Source: a virus
Lineage: Duplodnaviria; Caudoviricetes
Strand: one strand, 5' to 3'
Length of the DNA: 64,000 nucleotides
Virus record (IMG/VR): IMGVR_UViG_3300028591_000090
Coordinates: 119,631-183,630 of that record
Every line of letters begins with the position of its first letter. The stretch's first letter is position 1. The position numbers and the translations under genes are program-made. Below the pieces are notes generated by a model, which was not told where the DNA came from, ran no database searches, and worked only from the letters and a program-made list of their open reading frames with translations. Positions 38,860-50,002 of this stretch are shown in pieces.

Positions 38860-41800
38860 TTAATTTTTATATTTACAAGTAGCAATAACATCAAAAGAAA
38901 TTATATCTTTTATAGAAGAATTTCTTGCAACAACATCTAATCCAATGATTTTCTGATAAGTAATATTTTCTCTTTCTGTATTACCATAACCACCAACAAC
39001 GCCTAATACATCTGTGCATCTAAATTGGAATACAATAGGTATCTGAATAGAAACTCCGTGTTCTAATTTTCTAACAGAAGAAGCAACATTACCTGATACA
39101 GATATTGCAGAATAACTTGATGGTCTCAAGAATAAATATGCACCACAAGTATATTTTCCACCAAAATATTTATCTTGTTCTTCAAATCCACATTTTATTG
39201 GATAATTTGCTGTTTTTTTATCTGATTCTGTCGATGCTGTTCCTGGAACAAAACTTTGTTGTTGGTAATATTGTATAGTTGTTTGTGTTCCTTCTATTAC
39301 TTCGCTTCCTTCTTCTTTACAAATATGCATAGCATAACTATGTGAAAATAACATATAATCTTTACTTGCTGTTCCACCATCTGTTTGCATTGAATCTGCC
39401 CAACCTGTTTTAGTATTTTTAAAAGTATGAATTATAGCATTGTTGTTATTCGTTTTTACAAAGAAATTTGATTTTAATCCATAATCACTACCTTTATCTG
39501 CACCAACAGGGAAGCATAAGATATAACTTGGTTGTGTATCTGGACTCTTTCCTGAATAAGGGAATGTCTTTAATCTATCAGTACAATTAGTTGAATATTG
39601 ATCTGATATTGAATCTACACTATCAGTATATAAAGTTTTAGAACCACCATAATTAGTATTTCTACAATAAATAAACTGACTCCTTGCTTGTCCAGATTGG
39701 AAACTTTGTTGTGCTTGTAAACTTGCCCACGAGGTATCACTATTTCCCTCTATACTAATGCTTCCTTTATCATAAGGTGCTTCTGCTTGAATGTCAGATA
39801 ACGGACTACTAAAATAAGAAACAAGTTCAAGTATAGAAGCAGAAGTATTTTCAAGTTTTAGAGTATAAATCTTTTCAATTATATCTCCATCTGTTTCTAT
39901 ACTGTTCTTATAGTATTCAACAGGTAATTCAATAACATTACCTGGAGATACTTTTATAATCGTTCCATCTTCACATACAATAGAGATTTTCAAGTTTGCA
40001 ACCTCTTCTTTTACTTGTGATTCTAATAATGAAATTTTATCATTTAAAATTTTTAAATAATCGTATGCACTAATATTCTTATAATCATCTGTATAAAAAC
40101 CAGATGCAATATTATTCAAATTATGTGCATAGTATTTTTCATTTGTCCAAAAACTATCCTCTAAATGTTTGTCCAACATCATAGATATAAGTTCTTCATT
40201 AAAATTACTCAATGCATTTTCAATAAGCAATTGCTCTGCTAAAAATGCACTTTCGTTTGTAGTTTCAAATTCTTCTGGAAAACTCATTGTTATCGTATTA
40301 GACCAATCCGATTCAAGTGGGTTAATCGGATAACCAGCCTCTGATACAGATTTAACACGAATTTCAACCAATTCTCCTCTTGTTATAGGAATATCTACTT
40401 GGTTAATGTTTATAACATCTGCATTAGAAATATCTTCTGTATCCCAAACATATATTCCTTTAGATTTGTCATAAACTTTTTTACGAACATGAGAATATAC
40501 ATCAGTCCACGGTGAAAAATATGCACTAACGGTTTCTCCATTAGAATCAATATGGTTCAATGCGTTATTCGTCGTAGCGTTGTTGCTTGGCGATTTATAT
40601 CTATAAGATACACACATTTGAATTATTTCTTGCTTACCATATTCTGTTTGTTTTGCTGTTGGAATATCAACAAAACCTCTAATGCGATATTTTGGTGAAA
40701 CTAATATATTATTTTCACTATTTATCATTGTAGTGATTTGATTCAACGTAGTATTTAATTGGTGTTGCAAACCACTTTTCTTATTTGTTAAATTGTTTAT
40801 TTCTGTTTGTGTAGCAGCAGTTTCTTTTGTTGTTGCATTATTTCTACCAATATCTTCTTTTGCATTGTTTATCTTCTTTTCAATTTCTGAAATTTGAGAT
40901 TTCAAATTATTCTTTGTTGCAATAAGATTTGCAAAATTACTTGTTTCATTTGAATTTGCCAAGTGACTATTGATACAAACAACTTTTAGATTTGCTTCAT
41001 CTAATACAGGTGCGTCTGGTTTTACACCAATAGCAGACGGAACTTGTTTTTCTTTTGCCATATTAAGCATAACAAGACCGAAATCCGATACATAGTTTTC
41101 ATAATAATCTTTCAAAGAAACAACTGTACCGTCATTCAAAGTTGTATTCAAATTACAAGTATAAACACCAAAACCTTTTGACCACTCATCTGTCGTCATA
41201 TCCATTTGTGCAGAAATAGGTTTAACAAATACTATTTCATATTCATTATAACCAACATTTACTTGCAATTCTGGTATTCTATACGCTTCCGGCTTGATTT
41301 TAAGAATATCAGCACCTAAAGTAATAGGCATAGAACCAAATATTCTTCTCAATTTTACGGCTCTCTTCGCTTTGTTTATACCCTCAACACGATATTCCGT
41401 ATTATCAGAAGTTATCAATATATCTCCGTATTCCAACAATGAAGAACCACCAGAATTTTTAACTGTATTTGCATAAGAAAGTTTATCAAGTGTGTAATAA
41501 TCAACAAGTTCTTCCACACCGTCAACTGTTTCTGATACGGTATCCATTGCAATAACGCTGAAAGAACCTCTCTTGGAATTAACACACGCTGATAACTCAT
41601 ACTCTGTATCATCAACATTATAAACAATACCTTGTTCATTCAACAAACGAACTGTTGTATCATAGTCAAGAGTATTGATATTATTAAAACTTGCATCAAA
41701 AAATGTTATATCGTCACTACTTGGTGAATTTAAGATAACACGTCTAACAGAAAATTTCTTAATATCATTATCTTTATTCAAAAACTGACTAATATTAACT

Positions 41801-42225
41801 GGCATATAAAGCAATGGATTCAAATAAGATTCAAACATCCAATTTGTTTTTGCCTTAAATTCGGAAGGGTTTTCAAACGAAACATCTTTTGTAGAATTCA
41901 GAATATCAAGAAGTTCTGATATTTTACGCATTTCAAAACTTCTAACACTACCATCAGCATATTCCAATGATAACTTGTCGTCATTATCATTTATCAATGT
42001 TTCAATAGTATCGTGTAAGTTTTTAATATCTGTTTTGATATATCCCAAAGATGGAATATTCATTGATTCAACTTGTCCGTCGTTACCATACCATTGTGCA
42101 GTTACATTTTGTGCGTATGATGTATTTGATGCTAAAGCAAATTTTGTCAATATTTCTTGTAGAGAATCATAAATTAAAACAAGATTCGCCATTAATTGAC
42201 TTTGAGTAACCTTTCTTTCTGCCAT
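38860..42225 (-). CDS. Large virion structural protein with a coiled coil and FN3-like domain
   Basis: Central coiled coil (KNNLKSQISEIEKKINNAKE); IRVKSVSEAGYPINPLESDWS FN3-like end. Confidence 0.55.
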   Translation of the reverse strand: MAERKVTQSQLMANLVLIYDSLQEILTKFALASNTSYAQNVTAQWYGNDGQVESMNIPSLGYIKTDIKNLHDTIETLINDNDDKLSLEYADGSVRSFEMRKISELLDILNSTKDVSFENPSEFKAKTNWMFESYLNPLLYMPVNISQFLNKDNDIKKFSVRRVILNSPSSDDITFFDASFNNINTLDYDTTVRLLNEQGIVYNVDDTEYELSACVNSKRGSFSVIAMDTVSETVDGVEELVDYYTLDKLSYANTVKNSGGSSLLEYGDILITSDNTEYRVEGINKAKRAVKLRRIFGSMPITLGADILKIKPEAYRIPELQVNVGYNEYEIVFVKPISAQMDMTTDEWSKGFGVYTCNLNTTLNDGTVVSLKDYYENYVSDFGLVMLNMAKEKQVPSAIGVKPDAPVLDEANLKVVCINSHLANSNETSNFANLIATKNNLKSQISEIEKKINNAKEDIGRNNATTKETAATQTEINNLTNKKSGLQHQLNTTLNQITTMINSENNILVSPKYRIRGFVDIPTAKQTEYGKQEIIQMCVSYRYKSPSNNATTNNALNHIDSNGETVSAYFSPWTDVYSHVRKKVYDKSKGIYVWDTEDISNADVININQVDIPITRGELVEIRVKSVSEAGYPINPLESDWSNTITMSFPEEFETTNESAFLAEQLLIENALSNFNEELISMMLDKHLEDSFWTNEKYYAHNLNNIASGFYTDDYKNISAYDYLKILNDKISLLESQVKEEVANLKISIVCEDGTIIKVSPGNVIELPVEYYKNSIETDGDIIEKIYTLKLENTSASILELVSYFSSPLSDIQAEAPYDKGSISIEGNSDTSWASLQAQQSFQSGQARSQFIYCRNTNYGGSKTLYTDSVDSISDQYSTNCTDRLKTFPYSGKSPDTQPSYILCFPVGADKGSDYGLKSNFFVKTNNNNAIIHTFKNTKTGWADSMQTDGGTASKDYMLFSHSYAMHICKEEGSEVIEGTQTTIQYYQQQSFVPGTASTESDKKTANYPIKCGFEEQDKYFGGKYTCGAYLFLRPSSYSAISVSGNVASSVRKLEHGVSIQIPIVFQFRCTDVLGVVGGYGNTERENITYQKIIGLDVVARNSSIKDIISFDVIATCKYKN

Positions 42226-42231
42226 TACAAA

Positions 42232-42289
42232 AATCGTTTTTTCGTTCCCTTTTATTTATTTCTTATAATAAGGTAACGAAAAAACGATT
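42232..42289 (-). promoter_or_regulatory. 15-bp perfect inverted repeat with a late promoter in the loop
   Basis: AATCGTTTTTTCGTT (42232-42246) / AACGAAAAAACGATT (42275-42289); ATAAATA at 42253-42259 on the minus strand. Confidence 0.75.
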
Positions 42290-42306
42290 GGTTATGTTGG
42301 TGTTGT

Positions 42307-44478
42307 TTACCTAATTTTGTCAACTTCAAAAATAAAGTTTACTGGGTCAATACAAACTATTTCAAATATAGGCATAAAATCAGAAGATTTAAAGTCATCT
42401 TCTGTCAATTGACAAATAGGTACATCATATGCAGTACCAAATACGGCACTTGCATCTGTATAAATATTCACGGTGTTATTTGCTGGTGAAAATTCTTCTC
42501 CAAAAACAATACGGAACGATTGCCCTGCAGTCCATTTATCTACACTATCATCAATAAAAAGATTCAAATCTTTAGATAAAATTGTTCTTTTTATATCTAA
42601 ATCATCGCTTTCGTGTTTGATATAATTAGAATATTTGTTTAATGGAATAACTTTTTCTCTCTTTGAGAAATCAAACTTATATTCAGAACTTTTAATGTTA
42701 TATGCTTGATTATGAGTAATAACGCTATTTATAACGCCTTTATCTATCTTATATTCAAGTGTTATTTTTTGGTCGCTCTCAATCATTTCAATCAATTCTT
42801 GATAATCGTCATAAACATTATTAAGTAATTTCATAAATTCATCAGAAGAATTGAAATATGCCTTTGAAGCAACAATAGCATTTTCTACTTTATCAAGTCT
42901 CTTTTCAAGTTCTGTATAATTTGTTGAATCAATAAACAATCTTCTTAATCCTTTTACATCTTCGTATGTTTGTTCTATAAATTCTCTATTTCTATTATAA
43001 GAATCTACCATTGTTTGCATTGCTGTTAAAGCGTCAACGAATAAATCCATAGAAAATGTGTTATAGTTTCCTGCAACTCTTGTATTTATAGTTCTTTGAA
43101 CGCCAGCATTTTCAAATGATGTATCTGTCTTAAAATTAATCTTATAAGCAAGTGCAGTACCATTTTGCGAAATGTTATTTGCAACCGATGGTACATATTT
43201 AACATCATTGATAATTCTTACAACACCGTCACTTGGAACTTCAAGTTCGTTTACAAAATAAACACCATACAAGTTTGTAACAGTATTGTTCGGATTTTTC
43301 ATATCCGTCAAATCATAATAAATTAAAATTGCATTAAATTTAAAATCTGTTGCAAAACGTGAACTGTTTATATCATTAAATGTTGTATTTGGTAAACCAT
43401 CTTCTTCTGTATATCTATAATCTTCTATATTCCAGTCAATTGAGATACCATCCAAAGTATTTCTTACATATTCGATTTCAATATCATCACCTATACTACT
43501 TTTATAAGTTTTCTTTATAAGTTGGTTTGTAGGTTTCGAGAAATTAGATTTCTTATCTGTAAAATATGCATTTCCTGACGGGTCAGTAAACCAAAATTTA
43601 GTATCTCCGTCAGAAGAAATAACTTCACTTACAACATCTACAGATTGGTCTGAATCATTATCATAAAAAGGAGATGCTTTCAATCCCTCTGGATGATAAT
43701 CAGAAGTTCTACCACATAAGAAATTTTCAAAATTATCTTTATTATATGGTGTTGTATATTCATTATAACCATTTTCAGGATCATAACTATGATAGTTTTC
43801 ATCTTCTATTGAATCAAACAAAACTTTTTGTGTAGAACCTTGGTCTGTAGGAACATAAATATAAATTTCTGTTGAAACTACATCTGTCGTGTTTGAATAT
43901 ACTGCTTGAATATCGTTGATATATTTTACAACAGTATCATAATTGATAACATTAAGACTTTCGTCATTAATTACTTCTGTAAATTTCTGTGTATCAACAT
44001 TTGTTGCAACATACGTTTCTGGTGCTTCTTGAAAACGCATACAACCCATTTCCTTTAACCATTTGAAGAATACACGTTCTGCAACTGTTCTTGAACCAAC
44101 CGTCGGCTGATATGTTTCTTGTGACAAAAGCGTTGCCTCTAAATTCAAACAATAATTTTGGAAACTTTCAGCAAGATATTCTGCTTGTTTGTTTATTCCT
44201 GCCGTTGGTGAATAATCCTCACCTTCCCCTAAAACGGAATTACCTAATGCTCTAAATTGTAGAGCATTTTCCATATCAAACTCATTATTCTCGTTTTTTG
44301 CTATACAATTTGAAGCCTTGAAATCTGGAATCTTCAAAAGTGCATATTTTGAAAACGTAAAACTATAATTATCTATCGTACTACATAAATCAGAATCATT
44401 TATACCACTTTGAAAAGCATAAAATATACCAGAACGGTTTCCTGCTTGTAGTTTTTTAATTAGAGGTGTTATTGCCAT
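42307..44478 (-). CDS. Virion structural protein
   Basis: 723-aa ORF in the late operon, with a coiled-coil segment. Confidence 0.55.
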   Translation of the reverse strand: MAITPLIKKLQAGNRSGIFYAFQSGINDSDLCSTIDNYSFTFSKYALLKIPDFKASNCIAKNENNEFDMENALQFRALGNSVLGEGEDYSPTAGINKQAEYLAESFQNYCLNLEATLLSQETYQPTVGSRTVAERVFFKWLKEMGCMRFQEAPETYVATNVDTQKFTEVINDESLNVINYDTVVKYINDIQAVYSNTTDVVSTEIYIYVPTDQGSTQKVLFDSIEDENYHSYDPENGYNEYTTPYNKDNFENFLCGRTSDYHPEGLKASPFYDNDSDQSVDVVSEVISSDGDTKFWFTDPSGNAYFTDKKSNFSKPTNQLIKKTYKSSIGDDIEIEYVRNTLDGISIDWNIEDYRYTEEDGLPNTTFNDINSSRFATDFKFNAILIYYDLTDMKNPNNTVTNLYGVYFVNELEVPSDGVVRIINDVKYVPSVANNISQNGTALAYKINFKTDTSFENAGVQRTINTRVAGNYNTFSMDLFVDALTAMQTMVDSYNRNREFIEQTYEDVKGLRRLFIDSTNYTELEKRLDKVENAIVASKAYFNSSDEFMKLLNNVYDDYQELIEMIESDQKITLEYKIDKGVINSVITHNQAYNIKSSEYKFDFSKREKVIPLNKYSNYIKHESDDLDIKRTILSKDLNLFIDDSVDKWTAGQSFRIVFGEEFSPANNTVNIYTDASAVFGTAYDVPICQLTEDDFKSSDFMPIFEIVCIDPVNFIFEVDKIR

Positions 44479-44490
44479 TACCTACTATAA

Positions 44491-45324
44491 TTATTTTTCT
44501 TCTACGAAAATCTTATATACCGATGCTGTACCTACTGCGTCTCCAACAACCAAGACATCAATTTCTTTTCCGTAATCTTTTTCTCCTAATTCAAAAGTAT
44601 TATCTATTCCATTAACGATTTCTGCATTAGCAAAAGAAATTGTCAATTTTTTACCAACAGGAAGATAATTAGCAAATTGACCTGCAATAAATCTGAAAGA
44701 AGCACCTTGTTTTACTGGAAATTTTTGTGCTGGTGTTGCCACATCGTCCATAAATTCAATAGTAAGATTCAAATCGTTATTGATTTGTTCTCCCAAATTA
44801 ATAAAATAAATTGCATTTGACAATCCACTTATCTGTAATGTGTTATTAGATAAAGCATCTGCATTTACGAATCCTGGTGTTGTTGCAAGATTTCCCTTAA
44901 TTTCTACAGGACCAACAACAGTCAAAGAATTTTCACTTCCTTCACTACCTAAAGTAAAGTCTCCCTCTACTGTTAGATTTTCATCAAGAATCAACTTGCT
45001 AAAGCGAGCCTCAAAATTACCAGTCTCTGTTTCTTTAATATAAGCAACACGGTTTGAAACATTTCCATTATTAAGCGAATGGAAGAAAATACCACCGTCA
45101 GAATTCTTTGAATATACATTAAAGATTTCTGAATTTACACTATTGATAACCTCATCATAAGTAGTTCCACCAATAGATTTATTATCAGTATCAAGTCTTA
45201 AATTATTATATAAACTCAATATTGCATCTCTCAATTTATCATTTGTTTCATTTAATTTATCAACCCAATCTGGTAGATAATCAGTCTGTTTCAAGCTTTC
45301 GTAAATAATCGTTTTATCTGTCAT
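44491..45324 (-). CDS. Virion structural protein
   Basis: 277-aa ORF with a late motif at 45350-45356. Confidence 0.5.
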   Translation of the reverse strand: MTDKTIIYESLKQTDYLPDWVDKLNETNDKLRDAILSLYNNLRLDTDNKSIGGTTYDEVINSVNSEIFNVYSKNSDGGIFFHSLNNGNVSNRVAYIKETETGNFEARFSKLILDENLTVEGDFTLGSEGSENSLTVVGPVEIKGNLATTPGFVNADALSNNTLQISGLSNAIYFINLGEQINNDLNLTIEFMDDVATPAQKFPVKQGASFRFIAGQFANYLPVGKKLTISFANAEIVNGIDNTFELGEKDYGKEIDVLVVGDAVGTASVYKIFVEEK

Positions 45325-45348
45325 TTGCTTAAATTTTTTAATTCTTTA

Positions 45349-48300
45349 TTATTTATTCGTTAGATTAAGTTCCTTTTCGACGTTATCTATATATTCGTCT
45401 TTTTTAACAACGAAAATAGTCTTCTCATTTGTTATTTCATATTCATTACCACACGCATCTTTTGTGTAGTAAGATAAATCATAAGTTCCCTCATAATCAA
45501 AATGCCAAATAAAATACGGACAACCTCTCGTCATCATTAAAATCTTTCCAGTAACACTATCTTTTAACGTCCATCTAAATTCAACTTTTCTGTCTATATT
45601 ATCTACAAAGAAAATAAGATTCTTAAATGTCGGAACAACTATATTTTCTCTCTGAAATTTACTTGTTTGAAAATTTAAGAAATTTTCGTTGAATAATATT
45701 GGTAATCTTTTATCATAACCTTTTTCTACCATTGATTCATACGTTACGCTATCAAGATTAAGTATCTCATTAAAAGGAATATCCAAAGATAACAATGGAA
45801 TATATTTAGACAATCCCTCTTCTTTTAATCGTCTCTTTGCATATTCTCTCGAATCTCTCTGATATAAGAAAGTATAATCTTTATCAAGTTCACCGTTTCC
45901 AATAAGTTCTATAAACTGACAAGCATCTGCCGATACTGAATTTGCTGCGGCAACAATAACATTTGGTTCTGGATTAAATTTCTTCTGCTCGAAATCTACA
46001 TTATCACACAATGGCACATCATCGTAATCTGTTATACCCCAACTATGACAATAACTCAAATCAAAATGATATAAACCAAGAACTTTCATTATATTTTTCG
46101 GCAATATATCTTTCTTACCATTCAAATATTTAACAATATCCTTTGGTTTATCGTATTTTATTTCTATTTCTGTAGAACCAATCTTTAGAATATCACCCTT
46201 TTTAATGCCTCTCATTGCAAAACCGGGAACAAAATCGTGTGCAAAATAAGTATCACACGCTCTCAAATGGAACAAATCTCTTATTTGTGCATTTTTATAA
46301 ATGTTTGCTTGCATAGAAACACCATCACCGAATCCATATTGTTCTCTATTTACATTTGTTGTTTGTTTGTAATCTTCCCATTGATTTGTTTCAAAATTAT
46401 AAACTTCTGTTTTGTCAATCCAAGGAACGATTTTAAATGTATCTATAAGAGAATGTTGAATATCCAAATGTTTAGAACCGTCATTATTTAAAATATTAAC
46501 AACTGGTTTTTCTGCTGTTGAAAAAGCAAAGTCTTCAATTTTTACATTTGCTAAATTTTCAATAGTAAAATCAAACTTATCATCACCAATATAACCAACG
46601 ACAATTTCTGGATATTCACCTTTTACTTGTATTACATTATTCTTTGTTCTCTTTGTCATGTTTCCACTCATATCATATAGTTTAGCAGAAACACTATAAT
46701 AACCAACATATTGTAAGAATACTGGAAAATATAATCCATTCCAAATATTTGTTCTATAAGAATACAAAAATGTCTCTGGTCTCTTTGTACCATCAAGACA
46801 ATTACCAGGAACAAATTTAACAGACCATTCAATTTCAAGGAAATCCTTAAATTTTGCCGTGTTTACTCTCGAATTGTTTTCTACCTCTCTTGGTCTTTTG
46901 GCATAATCAGCCATTGAGGTATATTGTAAATCACTAATCTTCAATTCTGGAACATCTAATGAAAATACTACAGGACAACCAAATGATTTATGATTTTGAT
47001 ACATATTTTTCTTGAACTCTGTCAATGGTTCTTTCATTAAATCTGCAAAATCATCTGGGTATCTATCAAAATCTTGAGGCATATTCCATCTATCATTCAA
47101 ATTATAAGAATAAAAATCCTCAATCATTGCTTTATATTTTGGAATAGTAGAATCATCTAAATAATATCCCTTGTCAATATTTGGCAAACCTTTTATTCCA
47201 TAAGGATTTATGATTCTTGACGGAACATCTATATTTTCTTCATTTTCTTTCGGATAAAATGGATATAAATCTTGAACATACATTTGAATATCATTTGGAA
47301 ATACATTTATTCCGATATTATTATGCATAGAATCCACTTCATACGATTCAATTTGAATATCATCAACCCAAACTATCTTTGCAAAAGAAATATAATAAGT
47401 ATATTCACCAATAACATCTTTAATCTGTACATTTACTGGTAAAAATTGTTTTTGTAACAACTTTTTCAGTTTGTGTAGTTTATAAAACATTTCATTTGAC
47501 GTAAATTCTGTCGTTCTTTCAATTATAGGACATTCATTTTCGTCATATTCGCCAGTTTTTCTCGTAAATTCATAACAAAGAGCCAAGAAACCAGTTTTTC
47601 TAAAATATTCTGAATTTTTAACGCTTTTATTTTCACCCAATACGTTAAAATCATTAATTTCACCATCTTCCAACATAGAAGATACGCTCGTTATAATATA
47701 TTTTCCGTTATACAATGAAGATTTACGAATATCTTCCCAATACTCCTTTACATCAAGAACATCATTATATCCCAATAAAGAAATAAAGTTCTTCAAACCA
47801 TAATAAGTACCAACATAAGGGAATATTTCTTCTTGATTTACAACAAGTTCTTTTCGGATTGCATTAATTTGCTCCCAATCTGGCAATGCCTCGTTGATAT
47901 TATAATCTTTTAAACATAAAGAATCCGTTCTATTGAATTTTATACCAAAATTTTCAATGTGAACCCTAAATCTATCATCTTCTTCAAGACCTTCACCATA
48001 GAAATAGAACTGCCAACATAAAATTTTATCTCCATCGGCTGTATTGTAATAAATATTAAGTATTCTTTCGTATATAACCTCTTCCGATGGTGTAAAAGCA
48101 ATGTTTAACTGATAAGGAACTTTACCTACTTTTGTTCCTGGTATTCTTTTAAAATATCTTTTATCGTTTTCATACGATAAAACATCTTTTTTCTTTGGTT
48201 CAATATATGGATATTTTGTTTCTACGTCGGTTAAAACGTCAAATAAGAAGAAATTTTCTTCTTCATCATCTCCTGTTAAATCATTCCACTTAAATTCTAT

Positions 48301-48507
48301 ACTTTCACCGTCTTCTAATTGTGGAAAATAAAATCCGTCAGAAAATTCTTCAAGTAAAAAGATATTTAAACTATCATATAATGAAACAGAAAGTGGTTGA
48401 AGATATACTTCTGTATAGTTATATTCCTTACCATCATCTGTTTTCTTTTTTGTAAATTCAAATGGAAAACCCTCTTTGTCGTAAAATTTTATATTATCTA
48501 TAACCAT
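45349..48507 (-). CDS. Baseplate wedge protein (gp7/P2 gpI-like) with PKD-like domains
   Basis: VGTYYGLKNFISLLGY...VKEYW and LKKLLQKQFLPVNVQI; WHFDYEGTYDLSY PKD-like segment. Confidence 0.55.
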   Translation of the reverse strand: MVIDNIKFYDKEGFPFEFTKKKTDDGKEYNYTEVYLQPLSVSLYDSLNIFLLEEFSDGFYFPQLEDGESIEFKWNDLTGDDEEENFFLFDVLTDVETKYPYIEPKKKDVLSYENDKRYFKRIPGTKVGKVPYQLNIAFTPSEEVIYERILNIYYNTADGDKILCWQFYFYGEGLEEDDRFRVHIENFGIKFNRTDSLCLKDYNINEALPDWEQINAIRKELVVNQEEIFPYVGTYYGLKNFISLLGYNDVLDVKEYWEDIRKSSLYNGKYIITSVSSMLEDGEINDFNVLGENKSVKNSEYFRKTGFLALCYEFTRKTGEYDENECPIIERTTEFTSNEMFYKLHKLKKLLQKQFLPVNVQIKDVIGEYTYYISFAKIVWVDDIQIESYEVDSMHNNIGINVFPNDIQMYVQDLYPFYPKENEENIDVPSRIINPYGIKGLPNIDKGYYLDDSTIPKYKAMIEDFYSYNLNDRWNMPQDFDRYPDDFADLMKEPLTEFKKNMYQNHKSFGCPVVFSLDVPELKISDLQYTSMADYAKRPREVENNSRVNTAKFKDFLEIEWSVKFVPGNCLDGTKRPETFLYSYRTNIWNGLYFPVFLQYVGYYSVSAKLYDMSGNMTKRTKNNVIQVKGEYPEIVVGYIGDDKFDFTIENLANVKIEDFAFSTAEKPVVNILNNDGSKHLDIQHSLIDTFKIVPWIDKTEVYNFETNQWEDYKQTTNVNREQYGFGDGVSMQANIYKNAQIRDLFHLRACDTYFAHDFVPGFAMRGIKKGDILKIGSTEIEIKYDKPKDIVKYLNGKKDILPKNIMKVLGLYHFDLSYCHSWGITDYDDVPLCDNVDFEQKKFNPEPNVIVAAANSVSADACQFIELIGNGELDKDYTFLYQRDSREYAKRRLKEEGLSKYIPLLSLDIPFNEILNLDSVTYESMVEKGYDKRLPILFNENFLNFQTSKFQRENIVVPTFKNLIFFVDNIDRKVEFRWTLKDSVTGKILMMTRGCPYFIWHFDYEGTYDLSYYTKDACGNEYEITNEKTIFVVKKDEYIDNVEKELNLTNK

Positions 48508-48546
48508 CGAAAAAAATGCTTTTCAAATGTTATTTATTTCTTTAAC

Positions 48547-49194
48547 CTATATATTGAAAATTTCACTATCATCATCTGTCTGGTCCAACTTAATAAACTC
48601 TACACCGTTGATATAGTCAAATTTAACTTCCATAAATTTAACATACGTAAAGTCTTTTTCTAATTCGTGCAAGAAAGATGTATCTCCCATTTTAATCTGT
48701 TTCCACTTACAATATCTACTTCCCTTAAAACGAATTTGAACCTTTTTTATATCTTTTTCTTTTACCTCATCAAGAATAGACATATAAACATTATTCAATT
48801 CTTTTGTAATATTCTCAATGTCAAATTCACAATCAAAATCAACACGATATAGTTTTGAAGACTTTACAAATCTATGTTTATGAATCATTTTGAATTGATT
48901 CGCATAACCATTGAAAACGAAACTTGAAAAGAATGAAAACGGGTCCGTATATAAATTTTCATCAAAATTTTTCCAATGTTTTAACATATCATATAAAGCA
49001 GCTTGAATACAATCCTCTTCATCTCTATAATCTGGATAATGTAAATTTCCATGACGTACTCCGTGTACCGCCATTTTAATAAAATAATCTACTGCCTTTT
49101 TTGTTAAACAATCTTGCTCTTTCGATTTTTTTATCTCATTATAAAAATCTTCTTTGTTAATGTTTAACTTGCTACCAATATGCTTGTATATCAT
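48547..49194 (-). CDS. Late-transcription sigma factor (T4 gp55-like)
   Basis: INKEDFYNEI...EDCIQAALYDMLKHWKNFDENLYTDPFSFFSSFVFNGY parallels the gp55 region-2 pattern NFDxxxYxNP(H/F)AYxTxxxFNAF. Confidence 0.75.
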   Translation of the reverse strand: MIYKHIGSKLNINKEDFYNEIKKSKEQDCLTKKAVDYFIKMAVHGVRHGNLHYPDYRDEEDCIQAALYDMLKHWKNFDENLYTDPFSFFSSFVFNGYANQFKMIHKHRFVKSSKLYRVDFDCEFDIENITKELNNVYMSILDEVKEKDIKKVQIRFKGSRYCKWKQIKMGDTSFLHELEKDFTYVKFMEVKFDYINGVEFIKLDQTDDDSEIFNI

Positions 49195-49214
49195 GCTGAA
49201 ATATTTTTTGTAAA

Positions 49215-49910
49215 TTACTGCAAACTATTGTATATCTTCAATAGTGGCAATGTTGAATCTATAATGTCATTAAAAGGTGAACCTATATGTACTTCCCCTT
49301 TACTATTTACTTGTTTAATATAAGTTTCATATTCACAATTCTTTTTAATATAATTATAGAAATCATCTTCGGCTAATGATGGAATAATTGGCTGTTTAAT
49401 AAATGCTTCAAATATCTTATCTTTTTTAGCATTACCCTTACAACCTATTGCATTTTTTAATTCAGAAGGTGAAAATATGAAAAGTCTATTAACATCTGAT
49501 TTTAATAAATCAATCAAAATATCTCTTCTTATAATTCCAGTAAGAAAAGGTATATCAAAAGTAGACATACCTTTTGAACCATAACTCATACCTTCTATCC
49601 CTACTATACAATCAGAATCAAAACCTATCCTTTTACGAATAGAATTTATAAGTTTAGAAGAAACTTCAATATAATTTATTAATTTTTCTCTTTCATTCTC
49701 TGAATAACTATTATTACTATCCTTTTTTGAACGATTAGTATACTCTACTTCAAAATTAAAAACAGTACTCATCATATCATCAAAAAAATCCTTTTTTTTC
49801 GATGACAGTCCAGTATCATTGATTATCGAACCAAAATAAAAATCATCAAAATCTTTTGTAATAGTATACGAAGAATAATTTACTGATAAATCTAATCCTA
49901 TATAATACAT
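49215..49910 (-). CDS. ruvC: RuvC-like Holliday junction resolvase
   Basis: IGLDLS, VGIEGMSYGS, PSELKNAIGCKGNAKKDKI, NDIIDS. Confidence 0.85.
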   Translation of the reverse strand: MYYIGLDLSVNYSSYTITKDFDDFYFGSIINDTGLSSKKKDFFDDMMSTVFNFEVEYTNRSKKDSNNSYSENEREKLINYIEVSSKLINSIRKRIGFDSDCIVGIEGMSYGSKGMSTFDIPFLTGIIRRDILIDLLKSDVNRLFIFSPSELKNAIGCKGNAKKDKIFEAFIKQPIIPSLAEDDFYNYIKKNCEYETYIKQVNSKGEVHIGSPFNDIIDSTLPLLKIYNSLQ

Positions 49911-49964
49911 TTTTTGAATTCTATTTTTTTTATTTTACGTTTTATTATAATTTTATGTTTTAAT

Positions 49965-49999
49965 AAAAAAATTTCGCTTTAAAGGCGAAATTTTTTTTT
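49965..49999. terminator. Bidirectional terminator-like hairpin
   Basis: AAAAAAATTTCGC-TTTAAAG-GCGAAATTTTTTT. Confidence 0.6.
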
Positions 50000-50002
50000 A
50001 TG

